A DNA stretch of 64,000 nucleotides from a virus: IMG/VR virus record IMGVR_UViG_2209111000_000009, positions 8,867 to 72,866 of that record; one strand, 5' to 3'. Each line of letters opens with the position of its first letter. The stretch's first letter is position 1. Position numbers and translations under genes: made by a program. Below, in pieces: positions 37,397-46,965 of the stretch. The notes beneath the pieces are model-generated. The model made no database searches and was not told where the DNA came from. It saw only the letters and a list, made by a program, of their open reading frames with translations.

Positions 37397-37510
37397 CTGG
37401 GAGTTTGGGATTTGAACCCAACTATTATCTAGTTCGCTAGTCTTACAAGATCTATCCGGATAGATCTTGTAATCGTTCTAGGTGCTTAGCCAAACTCAGC
37501 ACACCTCCCA
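37397..37510 (-). tRNA. class II (Ser-like) tRNA gene with a 30-bp palindrome in the anticodon arm
   Basis: Acceptor TGGGAGG/ACTCCCA-G; GCTGAG..GG..AAGC D arm; variable arm; T arm TTGGG-TTCAAAT-CCCAA. Confidence 0.65.
37443..37472. repeat. perfect 30-bp palindrome
   Basis: TTACAAGATCTATCC / GGATAGATCTTGTAA. Confidence 0.95.
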
Positions 37511-37524
37511 TTAAATTAATTATA

Positions 37525-37803
37525 TCACACTAACCAGTTTTGCAACTTGTTTGGGTCATCCTCCTTGAAGAAGCCCTTAACTTGGCTCTCAAGCTCGTCT
37601 AACTGGTTACTGTACAAAGCCTTGATTATCAATCGGCTGCTTGTAAAAGCACCACCAAGGTACACTTGCTCTTGTGATACCAGTATAGGTGTAGCCCGTT
37701 CAAAACCGCAAGGAACAGCTACATACACAGGGGGCTTAGCCATACTAAAACCACCCCCCGGATTAGGTACTAAGGCTTCAGAAATTACAACACCTTCTAT
37801 CAT
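37525..37803 (-). CDS. hypothetical protein (92 aa)
   Basis: ATGA overlap at 37800-37803 gives the start MIEGVV. Confidence 0.55.
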   Translation of the reverse strand: MIEGVVISEALVPNPGGGFSMAKPPVYVAVPCGFERATPILVSQEQVYLGGAFTSSRLIIKALYSNQLDELESQVKGFFKEDDPNKLQNWLV

Positions 37804-38300
37804 AACGATATTATTTCCACACCTTGTGTTTTCAAGATATCTTTGGCTATTGGGGCAATGTTGCCAAACAGTGCAACAGCAGGCTCTCGTCCCGTAACTA
37901 CCGAATAGGCTAGCGCTTGCCCTAGCGCGTGTTTCCAACTAGAAGCCTCCTTAACCTCTATGACCCAATTTTGGGTCATAACATCCACGATACCAGCCGA
38001 TGTGAAGACCTCTACCTGTGAATCTAGATAAAGCCCTGCTACCAGGTTACGGTAACAGAATTCAGGGGGGCTGTCAAGGTAGGTGAGCATCAACAGATTG
38101 CGAATCTGATGGTCAGTCATCCGAGACAAGCACCCCGCGTCCTCTAGAGTAACCTCATCCCACCCTTTACCCGATGGTACCTGAACGGGTACCACTGTCA
38201 AGGCGGTTGGAAACCGAGAGAGGTTACGCACCACTTGGGCTTTTGGGTGCCATTTAACCGCCTCGGCTACTTTAGGTGGTACGACTATCTTACGCTTCAC
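37800..38300 (-). CDS. PD-(D/E)XK nuclease-like protein
   Basis: EVFTSAGIVDVMT..WVIEVK...WKHALGQALAY. Confidence 0.7.
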   Translation of the reverse strand: MKRKIVVPPKVAEAVKWHPKAQVVRNLSRFPTALTVVPVQVPSGKGWDEVTLEDAGCLSRMTDHQIRNLLMLTYLDSPPEFCYRNLVAGLYLDSQVEVFTSAGIVDVMTQNWVIEVKEASSWKHALGQALAYSVVTGREPAVALFGNIAPIAKDILKTQGVEIISL

Positions 38301-39078
38301 GGCTGGTATACAAGTGGTTATTATCTACCTCGAAAGGTGGCGTGTGAGTTGTGTACCATGTTAGTTTGTCAAACTGAGGACTTTCGCGGTCTATCATTAG
38401 CTCCCGTGACCACCGCTTCAGATTGTCGATCGTCCAATCGCCCTCCCCGTACCAACCCCCCATAATCCACTCAAGGGTCATGTCAATGCAAGCCCCCTCA
38501 TAACCTGGACTCCATGCCCCGACTGCTTTCGCTACCGCTACGTTGGTAACGACGTGTCTGTTTTCATCCTCAGCGATCTGCATAGCTAGCCGGGTGAGGG
38601 AGGGGCCACCAAACACCCGTAACAGACCAAGACTAACTAGAAACACGCCAGCCTCAAGCAATCCTGCTATAAATATAGGATGCTGATTAAGGGTCTTAGC
38701 CCCCCAGACCCTTGCTAGACTGCTCACATCCCCTTCAGAGCCGTACTGAGCCTCAGCGAACTGAAACCCCTTGAAGTGTCTACTTTCGTCCGATGCGTTT
38801 GACTTTAATAATGGCAGCAGGTACTTACCAGCATTAGGTAGCTTTTTAGTAAGCCCTTGGAGGACGTACCCACCAACCTCCACCTCTAAACCTAACCCTA
38901 AGGATATGATGCGCTTGACCACCGCTTGCCATTCAGGGCTGGTAGGACGGCGGCGATCGCTGTATACACACATTGGCTCTTTGGCTAAATCAGTAGGGTT
39001 CCAAAAGGTAGGCACCAGATGACCATTAGTATCTAGGCGGCAACGATCGGCATAAATGGACGCAATTGAGGATGGCAT
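38290..39078 (-). CDS. nrdB: ferritin-like di-iron protein, ribonucleotide reductase beta subunit
   Basis: DESRH, LEAGVF and DENRH iron ligands; adjacent to the alpha subunit. Confidence 0.7.
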   Translation of the reverse strand: MPSSIASIYADRCRLDTNGHLVPTFWNPTDLAKEPMCVYSDRRRPTSPEWQAVVKRIISLGLGLEVEVGGYVLQGLTKKLPNAGKYLLPLLKSNASDESRHFKGFQFAEAQYGSEGDVSSLARVWGAKTLNQHPIFIAGLLEAGVFLVSLGLLRVFGGPSLTRLAMQIAEDENRHVVTNVAVAKAVGAWSPGYEGACIDMTLEWIMGGWYGEGDWTIDNLKRWSRELMIDRESPQFDKLTWYTTHTPPFEVDNNHLYTSREA

Positions 39079-39279
39079 TGGATTTCAATCTGGGGGTAAG
39101 GGTTAGCGAGGTACTCAACCAGTAGACTAACTTTGACGTTGCTACTGTGTGTAATCTTAAATTTTATAGGGTCTGAAACGGCGACTTTGGTTCGGTGGCG
39201 GGTAGTAATCTTAGTAGCAGGTTGGGAAGCTACTAAGTCACCACCCGAAGATGTGGCAGACTTAGCAAAGGGCATAATA

Positions 39280-40899
39280 TCAGTCGGTACAAGCCGAACA
39301 GAGTTCTATGTTGTCATACTTCTTACGGGCGAAAGTACGGGTGGCATAATCTCCCGCCATGTTGTAGTAAAGTGTCTCCAAATCGCTACCGTACCACTTA
39401 TCAAACTCCACTTGGTCAAAGTTGATCCAAGTGTCGTAGCTAATGGTATGAGGTTTTCCGCACTCATTAATCATTTGTTGCCACCCCTCACACAATCTAA
39501 ATTGCTGTTCAGGGGTAATCTGCTCAATCTCGCCGTGGTTATAGGTTGCAACAGGTTCGGCTGTACTATGGCTGTAACGGTTGACGTGCTGGCTAAAAGG
39601 GGGCCAAATGCCACGGCAAGTAGTGAACCCTTCTAGGTCGGTAGTGCGATACGAGTGTGCTTGTGCAGGCTCGATCGTGTGTAACCGCTCCATATTTGGC
39701 ACACCTAAGAAGGAGCAATACTTGTCTGCGGCTCTAACCGAACTTTTATAAGCTTCTCGTAAAGCGGATATTAGGTTGAAAACTTTAGTGTCTGTTGGGA
39801 CAGTATATCCGAATGAAACAGCCCTTAACGTAGCTATAAAAAGATCATAACTGATGCCCATGCGCCGTAACAGGTTAGCAAGCCCCATCACATCGATCGC
39901 CACCTGGTTATCGTTTTCTAGGTTAGCCCACTGCTTAGCGCGTTCTGGTTGTTGTTGCCGCCATGTAACGTGAGCATCAATTGCTTGCCTAGTAGCCGTG
40001 CGAAAAAAGAACGGGATATCAAAAGCGAGGTTATCTAGTGGCAATCTGCCCAGGTTTATCCTGTTAATCAAGCAAGTGCCTCTGTCCTCAAGCAAAATCC
40101 CTTGGCACACGTTGGCGTAGAGACCTGGTTCGCGTTGCTTTTGCAAAAACAAGCTCTCGTAGTTAACGAGTTCACATAATTGCTCAACATTATTAGGGTA
40201 CTCGGTCAGTATTACTCCTTTCTTATGTGAACCTCTCAGAGATACCAGAGGAACCTTGAGATACTCTTGGTAGTAGGGTGACTGATCATGGCAGGCTGAG
40301 GTAATAATGCCTTTTTTGTAGCCGCCTCTCAAAATTACCGCATTTAACACCCCGAACATCTTAAGCAAAGTGTGCATGGATGGGGAGCGACGGTAATGCG
40401 CGATCGCGTGATAGACTGCTGCGAACGTCAAAGGGCCGCTAGCCAGTAGACCGTCTGAGTTTACTGAATCACGGGGTCTTAGCTCTGACAGGTCAACTAA
40501 CACCTCGTTTTGGTTTAAGCTAGTAAGTTCTCGCCATGTGTGAGTTATGGACTCAATCGAGTCAAATGGGTAGAGGTCTGCAAAAGTTTTAGGGTAGATG
40601 ACGTTAGCTAAAGAGGCTTCTTCAAAAGGCACTATCTCCCAGTCTTTATGGCCTTTCTTAAGCTGCACCTCAACCTTAAAGTTAGGTTGAGGTTCTGGGA
40701 GTCTAAAACTTGGGTCGATAATTAACTTAACCCCCGCGCCAGCTTTAAGACTTAATACTGTAAACTCAATTACATCCCCAATATCGGTATTTGCTTTCAA
40801 TACTGCTAAAGTACAGCTAAAGGGCAAGCGCTTGCCGTCGGGGGCATCAATCCATGTTTGCAACCTTTCTGGGGCTGAAACTACTGAGTCGTTAGTCAT
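39280..40899 (-). CDS. nrdA: class I ribonucleotide reductase alpha subunit (short cyanophage type)
   Basis: RLPFSCT, NVCQG..RGTCL, GLANLL, TIEPA, LYY tyrosine pair, C-terminal CSAC. Confidence 0.85.
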   Translation of the reverse strand: MTNDSVVSAPERLQTWIDAPDGKRLPFSCTLAVLKANTDIGDVIEFTVLSLKAGAGVKLIIDPSFRLPEPQPNFKVEVQLKKGHKDWEIVPFEEASLANVIYPKTFADLYPFDSIESITHTWRELTSLNQNEVLVDLSELRPRDSVNSDGLLASGPLTFAAVYHAIAHYRRSPSMHTLLKMFGVLNAVILRGGYKKGIITSACHDQSPYYQEYLKVPLVSLRGSHKKGVILTEYPNNVEQLCELVNYESLFLQKQREPGLYANVCQGILLEDRGTCLINRINLGRLPLDNLAFDIPFFFRTATRQAIDAHVTWRQQQPERAKQWANLENDNQVAIDVMGLANLLRRMGISYDLFIATLRAVSFGYTVPTDTKVFNLISALREAYKSSVRAADKYCSFLGVPNMERLHTIEPAQAHSYRTTDLEGFTTCRGIWPPFSQHVNRYSHSTAEPVATYNHGEIEQITPEQQFRLCEGWQQMINECGKPHTISYDTWINFDQVEFDKWYGSDLETLYYNMAGDYATRTFARKKYDNIELCSACTD

Positions 40900-40908
40900 T
40901 AGGAGACC

Positions 40909-42759
40909 TCAAGCTTCAAAGAATATGTCTAGTTCAGGTTTAATGTCTACAGGCATCGAGCGCAAAGTCCGAATACTGTAACTATGTGCCATTTTATCAT
41001 ACAATCCTTGAATTCTGCCAAGCGAGAATTCATTGCTAATTAGATTAGTCCACCTCGGTAAAATAGCCCCCGGATCGGAGTAACATTGATTACCATCACG
41101 CAAGCTAAGCGCCTTAAACGCTTTACGGGTTAACTCATTCGGGTCGGTAGCAACCCCGCCGGATGTAAGCACGTTGTGAGAGGTGAGCAAACTTTGAGGG
41201 TTAACCCAGTAGCACCCAGATGCAGGACTCCAAGCAGGTATTTTGCGTGTATCTCCTAGCTCTTGGGCTAGTTCAGGTGTTTGTTTAATGGTTAAAAAAC
41301 CTTTAAGACCGCTTAGCATGGTGTCTTTGCTTAGGCGCTTTGATGGCACCTTGCCTCCGTTTTCCAGCATATACCCCAGCGCCAAGCCAGCCAAAGTGCC
41401 GTCTAAGGGGTCAGATGATGTGCTGTTTGACATATCTGCCAACTCTTTGACTCTAACCTCAAGTTTAGAAGAGTTCTCATTAATGTACAGCGCAAATTCA
41501 TCAGCAGCTAAGCGGCAAGCCCATAACATAATGGTGTCTCTATCAACCCCTAACTGGTTAGCTAATGCAGGAATACGGGTAAAGGGTAACATTTCAGCAG
41601 GGAGAGAGCCTTCTGGTTCGGTGCTACACAGTGTGACACGCGATCGCATCCCGTCATCAAGCCCCCAGAACGCCCGAGCCTCCACCCTATTAGCTAGAAT
41701 CATCATTGCCGCCGTACATCGTGTGGCGATCGCGTCTACCCCTTTTTGTTCGGTGGACACCGTGCCATTAGTGGCGAGAATCTTGGCATTAGGGCTGTTT
41801 AGCTCTTTACCCAAGTGTTCGGTAGTAATGTCATCAGATAGTATCAGATCGCTGGTAAAGGCTTTGTGGTGGTTGAATCTGCCTGATAACGAGGGGCAAG
41901 CCTTATCAACAGCAAAACCTACGCGGCTCAAAGCATCCGACAAGAAGTTAAATATAGTAGTCTTACCTTGTCCCGCAAAAGCCCCGTCTACAACAAGAAT
42001 ATTTCTGTAAGTGTGCCGAAGCTTCACCTTGGTCTGGGGGTCTGTAGTGCCTTGATGACCCAGTATTACGCGCCCGATAAACAGTTGTACTTGTTCAAGA
42101 GATGCGCCCTTAAATATTGTAAAAATATCCCCGAACTCTAACCCCCTGACGGCGGCGGGGAACTGACTACGCGCCGGGATAAGCTTGCGGGGTATATATC
42201 CCCGTGGTGTTTGACCACCGACCCCGCGCCAGTTGCAATCAGAAAACTCTTCCTCCGCAGGTTGCCACTCCTTGACAAAGTGACCCAAAGCCTTGATGTC
42301 TTTATCGCTTGTCAGGGGGTGCCAAAGGGATTTAGCTACCTTACGCTGGAATTCGGTTAAGGTCTGTGCAGATTCAGAGTCATCGGCTAACACCCCTATA
42401 AGGTTGTGGCGATCGGTTGTTGTAGCGTTAGATTTATCCCGGAGCAATAATTGTCCGCTGACTGGTTCAATTTCTTTCGGTAAGTTTGGGTAAGAAATAA
42501 AATCTAATGTAGCGTCAAGGTTTAGGCGGAACCCTTCGGCTGCTAGTTTGGCAGCGATAGCTTCCCAATCTTGAATAACGTCGTTTTGATGTCCAATATG
42601 AAGCTTACGAGGGGCTTTAGCTGCGTTACTCGCCGTACCTGATAACGGGTGTGTTTGATCTTGATATTTTGGGTCAATGCTCGCAGTGTTAACCGGATTT
42701 CCGTCGGCATCGGTTAAGCCATCAAACTCATGGGGTAGGGGGCGGCGCTTATTTGTCAT
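40909..42759 (-). CDS. SF3-type replicative helicase (D5/primase-associated-like)
   Basis: Walker A GAFAGQGKTT, Walker B LILSDD, motif C MMILAN. Confidence 0.7.
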   Translation of the reverse strand: MTNKRRPLPHEFDGLTDADGNPVNTASIDPKYQDQTHPLSGTASNAAKAPRKLHIGHQNDVIQDWEAIAAKLAAEGFRLNLDATLDFISYPNLPKEIEPVSGQLLLRDKSNATTTDRHNLIGVLADDSESAQTLTEFQRKVAKSLWHPLTSDKDIKALGHFVKEWQPAEEEFSDCNWRGVGGQTPRGYIPRKLIPARSQFPAAVRGLEFGDIFTIFKGASLEQVQLFIGRVILGHQGTTDPQTKVKLRHTYRNILVVDGAFAGQGKTTIFNFLSDALSRVGFAVDKACPSLSGRFNHHKAFTSDLILSDDITTEHLGKELNSPNAKILATNGTVSTEQKGVDAIATRCTAAMMILANRVEARAFWGLDDGMRSRVTLCSTEPEGSLPAEMLPFTRIPALANQLGVDRDTIMLWACRLAADEFALYINENSSKLEVRVKELADMSNSTSSDPLDGTLAGLALGYMLENGGKVPSKRLSKDTMLSGLKGFLTIKQTPELAQELGDTRKIPAWSPASGCYWVNPQSLLTSHNVLTSGGVATDPNELTRKAFKALSLRDGNQCYSDPGAILPRWTNLISNEFSLGRIQGLYDKMAHSYSIRTLRSMPVDIKPELDIFFEA

Positions 42760-42824
42760 TGATTTACTACTTAAAGAGCTAAAAGGAGGGCAATCTCTAC
42801 CCTCCCACTATAACCGAAATCGAG

Positions 42825-43169
42825 TTAGCTGTCTTCGTCTTCCTCAGACTCGTCCGCTCCCGGCGCGCTTTCACCGTTAACTGCCGCTTTCAATGTGGGT
42901 GATGGTTTGAACACAACCGTATAGTGCGCGGGGGTAGTAACAGTGATAGGGTTTCCATCAGCATCTTTTTGCGGGGTAGTGGTGGTGCGTTCGGCTCGCA
43001 AAACCTTTTTAAAGGTGCCACAATCACCAAAACGTACACTTTCTCCACCTTGCTCGAAAAACCAGCAGATAATATCACAGACTTTTTCGAGCAACACCTT
43101 TGAGAAGACCTGGGTAAGGTCTAAGTCTGTCGCAATAGCCTTGATAAATTCGGGTTTGGTTAGTTTCAT
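42825..43169 (-). CDS. hup: HU/IHF-like DNA-binding protein
   Basis: LTKPEFIKAIA, VRFGDCGTF, RAER..TP, TPAHYTVVFKPSPTLKAAVN. Confidence 0.85.
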   Translation of the reverse strand: MKLTKPEFIKAIATDLDLTQVFSKVLLEKVCDIICWFFEQGGESVRFGDCGTFKKVLRAERTTTTPQKDADGNPITVTTPAHYTVVFKPSPTLKAAVNGESAPGADESEEDEDS

Positions 43170-43170
43170 G

Positions 43171-43839
43171 TTAGTTGAATGCTACTCTTACAACAGTTTT
43201 CCCGGCTTTTGTCACATCCTTAGACGTGACTCGCATCGGCATATTGAGCGCTTTAGTTTCCCCCTCATTATGGGGCAATAACCCCATAATACCGAGTACG
43301 TCCAAAGTGCCGGAATTCGCCCAATATTCTTTTTTGCTGATGCTCAAAACGTGCTTAAGCCCGTACTTGGTCTTAACTAGCTTGACAGTTTCCAGCGTGT
43401 ACGCCCCTACCTCTAGCTCTCCCATGCTGACGGTTGAACCCGTACCACCCTTTAACGGGTCTTCCTTTTTAAAAGGAAAAGAAATTTTTTTATCTCCCAC
43501 CGTTACCATTACGATAGCGACAGGAGGGTTAACCGCGTCATTGACACCGAACTTGGTTTTAAAATCATCCAGAGGTATCTCAATGCTCCTGTCCCACTTA
43601 AGGATATAGGAGTCCGAGTCTTCCTCAACAGGGTAGACATAGGCAGTTAGTGCTTTTTGGTAAGCGCCTTCTTCAGCCAACACGGTTAAAGGGGCGATTG
43701 TTTGACCAAATAAGCTGCAAATTTCTTGACCTTCAGGTGTCAGATACTCTGCTGGTACTTGATTGTACTTTTCAGGGTAAATGGTGGTGACTGCAAGGGG
43801 TAGAAGTAGCTTTGAATCAATGACGATAGTTGCTGGCAT
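43171..43839 (-). CDS. hypothetical protein in the replication operon (222 aa)
   Basis: Coupled ORF; no motif recognised. Confidence 0.6.
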   Translation of the reverse strand: MPATIVIDSKLLLPLAVTTIYPEKYNQVPAEYLTPEGQEICSLFGQTIAPLTVLAEEGAYQKALTAYVYPVEEDSDSYILKWDRSIEIPLDDFKTKFGVNDAVNPPVAIVMVTVGDKKISFPFKKEDPLKGGTGSTVSMGELEVGAYTLETVKLVKTKYGLKHVLSISKKEYWANSGTLDVLGIMGLLPHNEGETKALNMPMRVTSKDVTKAGKTVVRVAFN

Positions 43840-44165
43840 TATTTTTTTGTCAGGATAAGGGATTTTAGGGTGTTTAGGACGGTTCGCCTTGTACCACTAA
43901 GAGGGAAAACTATGTTCAGACCCCAGTTAGTGGTATCAATAAGAGGCATTACAGTCACAAGAGCTTCAGGAAGTCCAGACTCTAGGCTGGTTTCCCTACC
44001 GCCTTGAATACATACTAGCACCTGCGCTAAATGGGTGTCAAGCATTTTGTTCGCAATTGCCGTCGGATTAGGATCTACACCCAAAATTTCCGCTTGCTTC
44101 TTTACGGCGGAAGTTTTTTGATAGGGTAGTACCCTGTTAAGGTACTGAAGGGTGGGGTCATCCAT
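43839..44165 (-). CDS. hypothetical protein (108 aa)
   Basis: TAATG coupling with the next gene. Confidence 0.6.
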   Translation of the reverse strand: MDDPTLQYLNRVLPYQKTSAVKKQAEILGVDPNPTAIANKMLDTHLAQVLVCIQGGRETSLESGLPEALVTVMPLIDTTNWGLNIVFPLSGTRRTVLNTLKSLILTKK

Positions 44166-44182
44166 GAGAATTTCTAAGGTGT

Positions 44183-44197
44183 TACCCTATTATACCC
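44183..44197 (-). promoter_or_regulatory. GGGTATAATAGGGTA promoter-like motif
   Basis: One mismatch to the 15-mer at 21451 and 27806. Confidence 0.55.
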
Positions 44198-45708
44198 TAT
44201 CCCCGGTCTTGCACGTACTTATGATCTGAGAAAGCTTTTTGGATTTCTAGTCCAAGGTAAGCAGCATGAGCGGGGTCAATAGAGGGATTGGCGGCAACCA
44301 CCTCTCTTATAAGCAGTAAAGGAGAAGTAGCAGTAAATAGACTTACTACTTCTCCTTCGGGAGTGGTTTGCTCTACTTGCACTTTGTCAAACTGACGCTC
44401 TATGACAAAGTTGCCCACCGGGTCGGAGTAGATTACTCGGCAGGGTTTGTAATGGGTGCGTAGTACCCTATCGGCTGAGTCAAAAGTCTCATCATAGAAA
44501 TGAGCGCTTTGACTAACGGTTATTAGCGGGCCTAAAGGGAGGGTTAGGTCTAAACCGTCACGCACAATCCGTTGAAGGTGTCGCAGTCCCATAGCGTTAG
44601 CGGGCCACGCTGAGTACATATCATTACTGCGGAAGGTTGCCGTTAGTGACAACCTTTCCGAACCCCCCAGGGTAACTACCCTGAACCAGAGATGATTAAG
44701 GCAAGGGCTACCCCCTACAAGGTTGTCGCGTGAAGCATCCCAAAGGCTTATCACGGCGCTGGCGCTGTCTCTCTCTGCTTTGAGCTTGTTTACCACGTCT
44801 TGCACTTGGTCACGTCCGAAGTGCGATCGCACCCTTTGTCCATAGGTGTATTTAACACCCTCTTTAACCGGAGCATCATCTACCATCGAGCTAAGGTAGC
44901 TTTTGATAAAAGGACGGTCAACGGGTAAATAGTTAGGCTCAGGAAAGTAAAAATCATCAGGCTCATTATTGACTACAGCTACGAGGTCTATCAGTTCTTG
45001 CCATTGACCATCGTAACCTGTAGGTCTTAGAGTTCCGTTAGTGCGAATTCTGTGGAGAATTTTAAGCCAGCACTCGGCTATCGTGTCTGCCTCAACCTTG
45101 TGACCAAATACTGAAGAGGGTTTAGTGTTAGAAACAGGCAAGGTGAAAGGGTAAGTTTTTGGTACTAGAGGGGGGTAGTGATACCCATGACTAGAGATAC
45201 CATTCAAAGTACCTCGTAAGTGTCTCATAATTTCATCAAATTTCATGTAGGTACCCCCACACTTTAGTTGTAATATGCGCTCTCGTAAAGCCTCTAAGTC
45301 CTCTAAGGGTATAACTCTGTCAAGATATCCTGGTACTTTGCTATTTATGACCCAGCATTCGCGCCCTTCATCCGACACTCCCTCTGTAACCCCATGAGTA
45401 AAAAAGTGGTTGAGACTGTCTACAGCCCCCGCGTTGTCATCTTCCTTAGTAACCCCTAGAGTTACTAACCACCTTATGTGAGGGTTAGCGAGTAAGTTGC
45501 GGACTAAGTAGTTAATTCCCCTAGCTGGGTTATACAGTTGCCCAATTGCTGCATAATGTTTAGCATCTATATGGCGGGCGACTGTTTCCTTGGGTGTCCA
45601 GCCGCAGACAATCACGGTTTGACTGTCTGGGTTTCCGTAAATTAGTTGGTTTGGTTTGAACTGGGGGGTGTATGGCACGGTGCAGTAGTAAATAATGGTT
45701 AACCACAT
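44197..45708 (-). CDS. thyA: thymidylate synthase (ThyA-type) with MtrA/DUF4346-like flanking domains
   Basis: SPCL catalytic Cys, FRSND, PAN, SAHFYD; N-terminal IGQLY...GINYLVRNLLANPHIR; C-terminal DPVGNF..HAAYLG.EIQKA. Confidence 0.8.
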   Translation of the reverse strand: MWLTIIYYCTVPYTPQFKPNQLIYGNPDSQTVIVCGWTPKETVARHIDAKHYAAIGQLYNPARGINYLVRNLLANPHIRWLVTLGVTKEDDNAGAVDSLNHFFTHGVTEGVSDEGRECWVINSKVPGYLDRVIPLEDLEALRERILQLKCGGTYMKFDEIMRHLRGTLNGISSHGYHYPPLVPKTYPFTLPVSNTKPSSVFGHKVEADTIAECWLKILHRIRTNGTLRPTGYDGQWQELIDLVAVVNNEPDDFYFPEPNYLPVDRPFIKSYLSSMVDDAPVKEGVKYTYGQRVRSHFGRDQVQDVVNKLKAERDSASAVISLWDASRDNLVGGSPCLNHLWFRVVTLGGSERLSLTATFRSNDMYSAWPANAMGLRHLQRIVRDGLDLTLPLGPLITVSQSAHFYDETFDSADRVLRTHYKPCRVIYSDPVGNFVIERQFDKVQVEQTTPEGEVVSLFTATSPLLLIREVVAANPSIDPAHAAYLGLEIQKAFSDHKYVQDRG

Positions 45709-45764
45709 TATAAGGCAAAACCCCGTAATTAGCGAGGTTTTATAGTTCAGTCAAGTGCTATAAG

Positions 45765-46361
45765 TTAAGCGTATCGCCCGCCGTAAATAAAGCGCGGTTT
45801 AGGTGGTGGTGGCTTTAAAACGCTTTCTTCCGTCAAATGCCACAAAGGGAGGTCAAAATGTGGTCCTAAACACTGATAAACACGCTTTAAAGCACCCAGA
45901 GGATTCATATAGCCAGGAATTACTGATGTCCATTCGTAATCTAGCCGATACCTCTCTGCTATTGCTTCGCGCTGTTTAACGGTAATGTCGGTATCTTTCC
46001 CAATGGCTGCACACCTGTTAAACGACTCAAGCGGGTCTACATCTAGCAGAAAGCTAAAGTCTGGCTTAGGCAACATACACGTTAACTCAAGGGCAATCGT
46101 CAAAGTCTGGCAGTACCGTCCGCCGTAAGCCCCGTGGCTCTGATAGTACCTATCAACCACCCAGTTTTGCTTTGGGTCGGGTGGGTTGTTGAGCATATCT
46201 ATGATCAGGTAAAAATCAAGATTTTTGCCCGGGTGTAGCTTCTGCGCGGCTTCCAAGTCAACAGGGTAGTGTCTGTAGTTATACCCTAAAACTTCGGCTA
46301 GTTTAGTTGCTAAAGTTGTTTTGCCCGCGCCATCTAATCCTTCAATCACAATTATTGTCAT
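45765..46361 (-). CDS. tmk: thymidylate kinase
   Basis: IEGLDGAGKTT, VVDRY, PKPDFSFLLDVDP; start at the internal Met 46361. Confidence 0.9.
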   Translation of the reverse strand: MTIIVIEGLDGAGKTTLATKLAEVLGYNYRHYPVDLEAAQKLHPGKNLDFYLIIDMLNNPPDPKQNWVVDRYYQSHGAYGGRYCQTLTIALELTCMLPKPDFSFLLDVDPLESFNRCAAIGKDTDITVKQREAIAERYRLDYEWTSVIPGYMNPLGALKRVYQCLGPHFDLPLWHLTEESVLKPPPPKPRFIYGGRYA

Positions 46362-46626
46362 TTTCGTCACCTGTGTGATATAGGTTGTCAAGATAATAAG
46401 CTTCGTTGGAGTCTTCATCAGTTACAGGGTGTAGTATCTCTGTAACACAAATACTAGGGTCTGCGGGGGACTGAGGCAGATCTTGAAAGATATCAATGTC
46501 TGCCGAGCTTGCGGTAGTTTCACCCACCCTTTCAACAAGAGCGTCACGGTTGGGGTCAACGTCTATAACCCTATCATGTTCAATAGCTACGTGTTGCCCT
46601 AAACCCGCTACATAAATGATTGTCAT
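46342..46626 (-). CDS. hypothetical acidic protein
   Basis: Likely start MTIIYV at 46626. Confidence 0.5.
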   Translation of the reverse strand: MTIIYVAGLGQHVAIEHDRVIDVDPNRDALVERVGETTASSADIDIFQDLPQSPADPSICVTEILHPVTDEDSNEAYYLDNLYHTGDENDNNCD

Positions 46627-46688
46627 GGTATTAACAGGTAAAACCTTATTATAACATGACAAGGGGGCGGCTAAGCCCCTTTCACTCT

Positions 46689-46904
46689 TTAATCCTCTAA
46701 AAGGTCATCTAGTGAGTCGTCGTACTCGTCACCTTTCTTTTGGTTAGGGGGTACCGGGTCAGGCTCTACAAACCCTTGCTCTTGCATAAACTCAGTAGTG
46801 GACTGACCCTCTGTTTGGGTAGCTAAGATTTTAGACCCGCCTCCGGGTTGTACTTGGCTGACTTGGAGTTTGCCCGTGCGTTTGTTAGCCGATAGCTTGG
46901 TCAT
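46689..46904 (-). CDS. hypothetical protein (71 aa) with acidic tail
   Basis: GGAG RBS; hairpin downstream at about 46662-46682. Confidence 0.6.
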   Translation of the reverse strand: MTKLSANKRTGKLQVSQVQPGGGSKILATQTEGQSTTEFMQEQGFVEPDPVPPNQKKGDEYDDSLDDLLED

Positions 46905-46965
46905 AGTGGTTGTCTCCGTTAATTTGGTTCTAGTGTAACACCTTTGCTATGATCGGTAAGTACGG

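Noticed and set aside
39033-39636. Plus-strand ORFs overlapping nrdA/nrdB
   Set aside because: Antisense to well-supported RNR genes; no independent evidence.
41243-42010. 255-aa plus-strand ORF
   Set aside because: Fully antisense to the helicase gene, which has clear motifs; typical shadow-ORF composition.
44197-45708. Deoxynucleotide hydroxymethylase for modified DNA
   Set aside because: It keeps the dUMP-specifying Asn (PAN), sits next to tmk, and no downstream hypermodification enzymes were recognised. Not strictly excluded.
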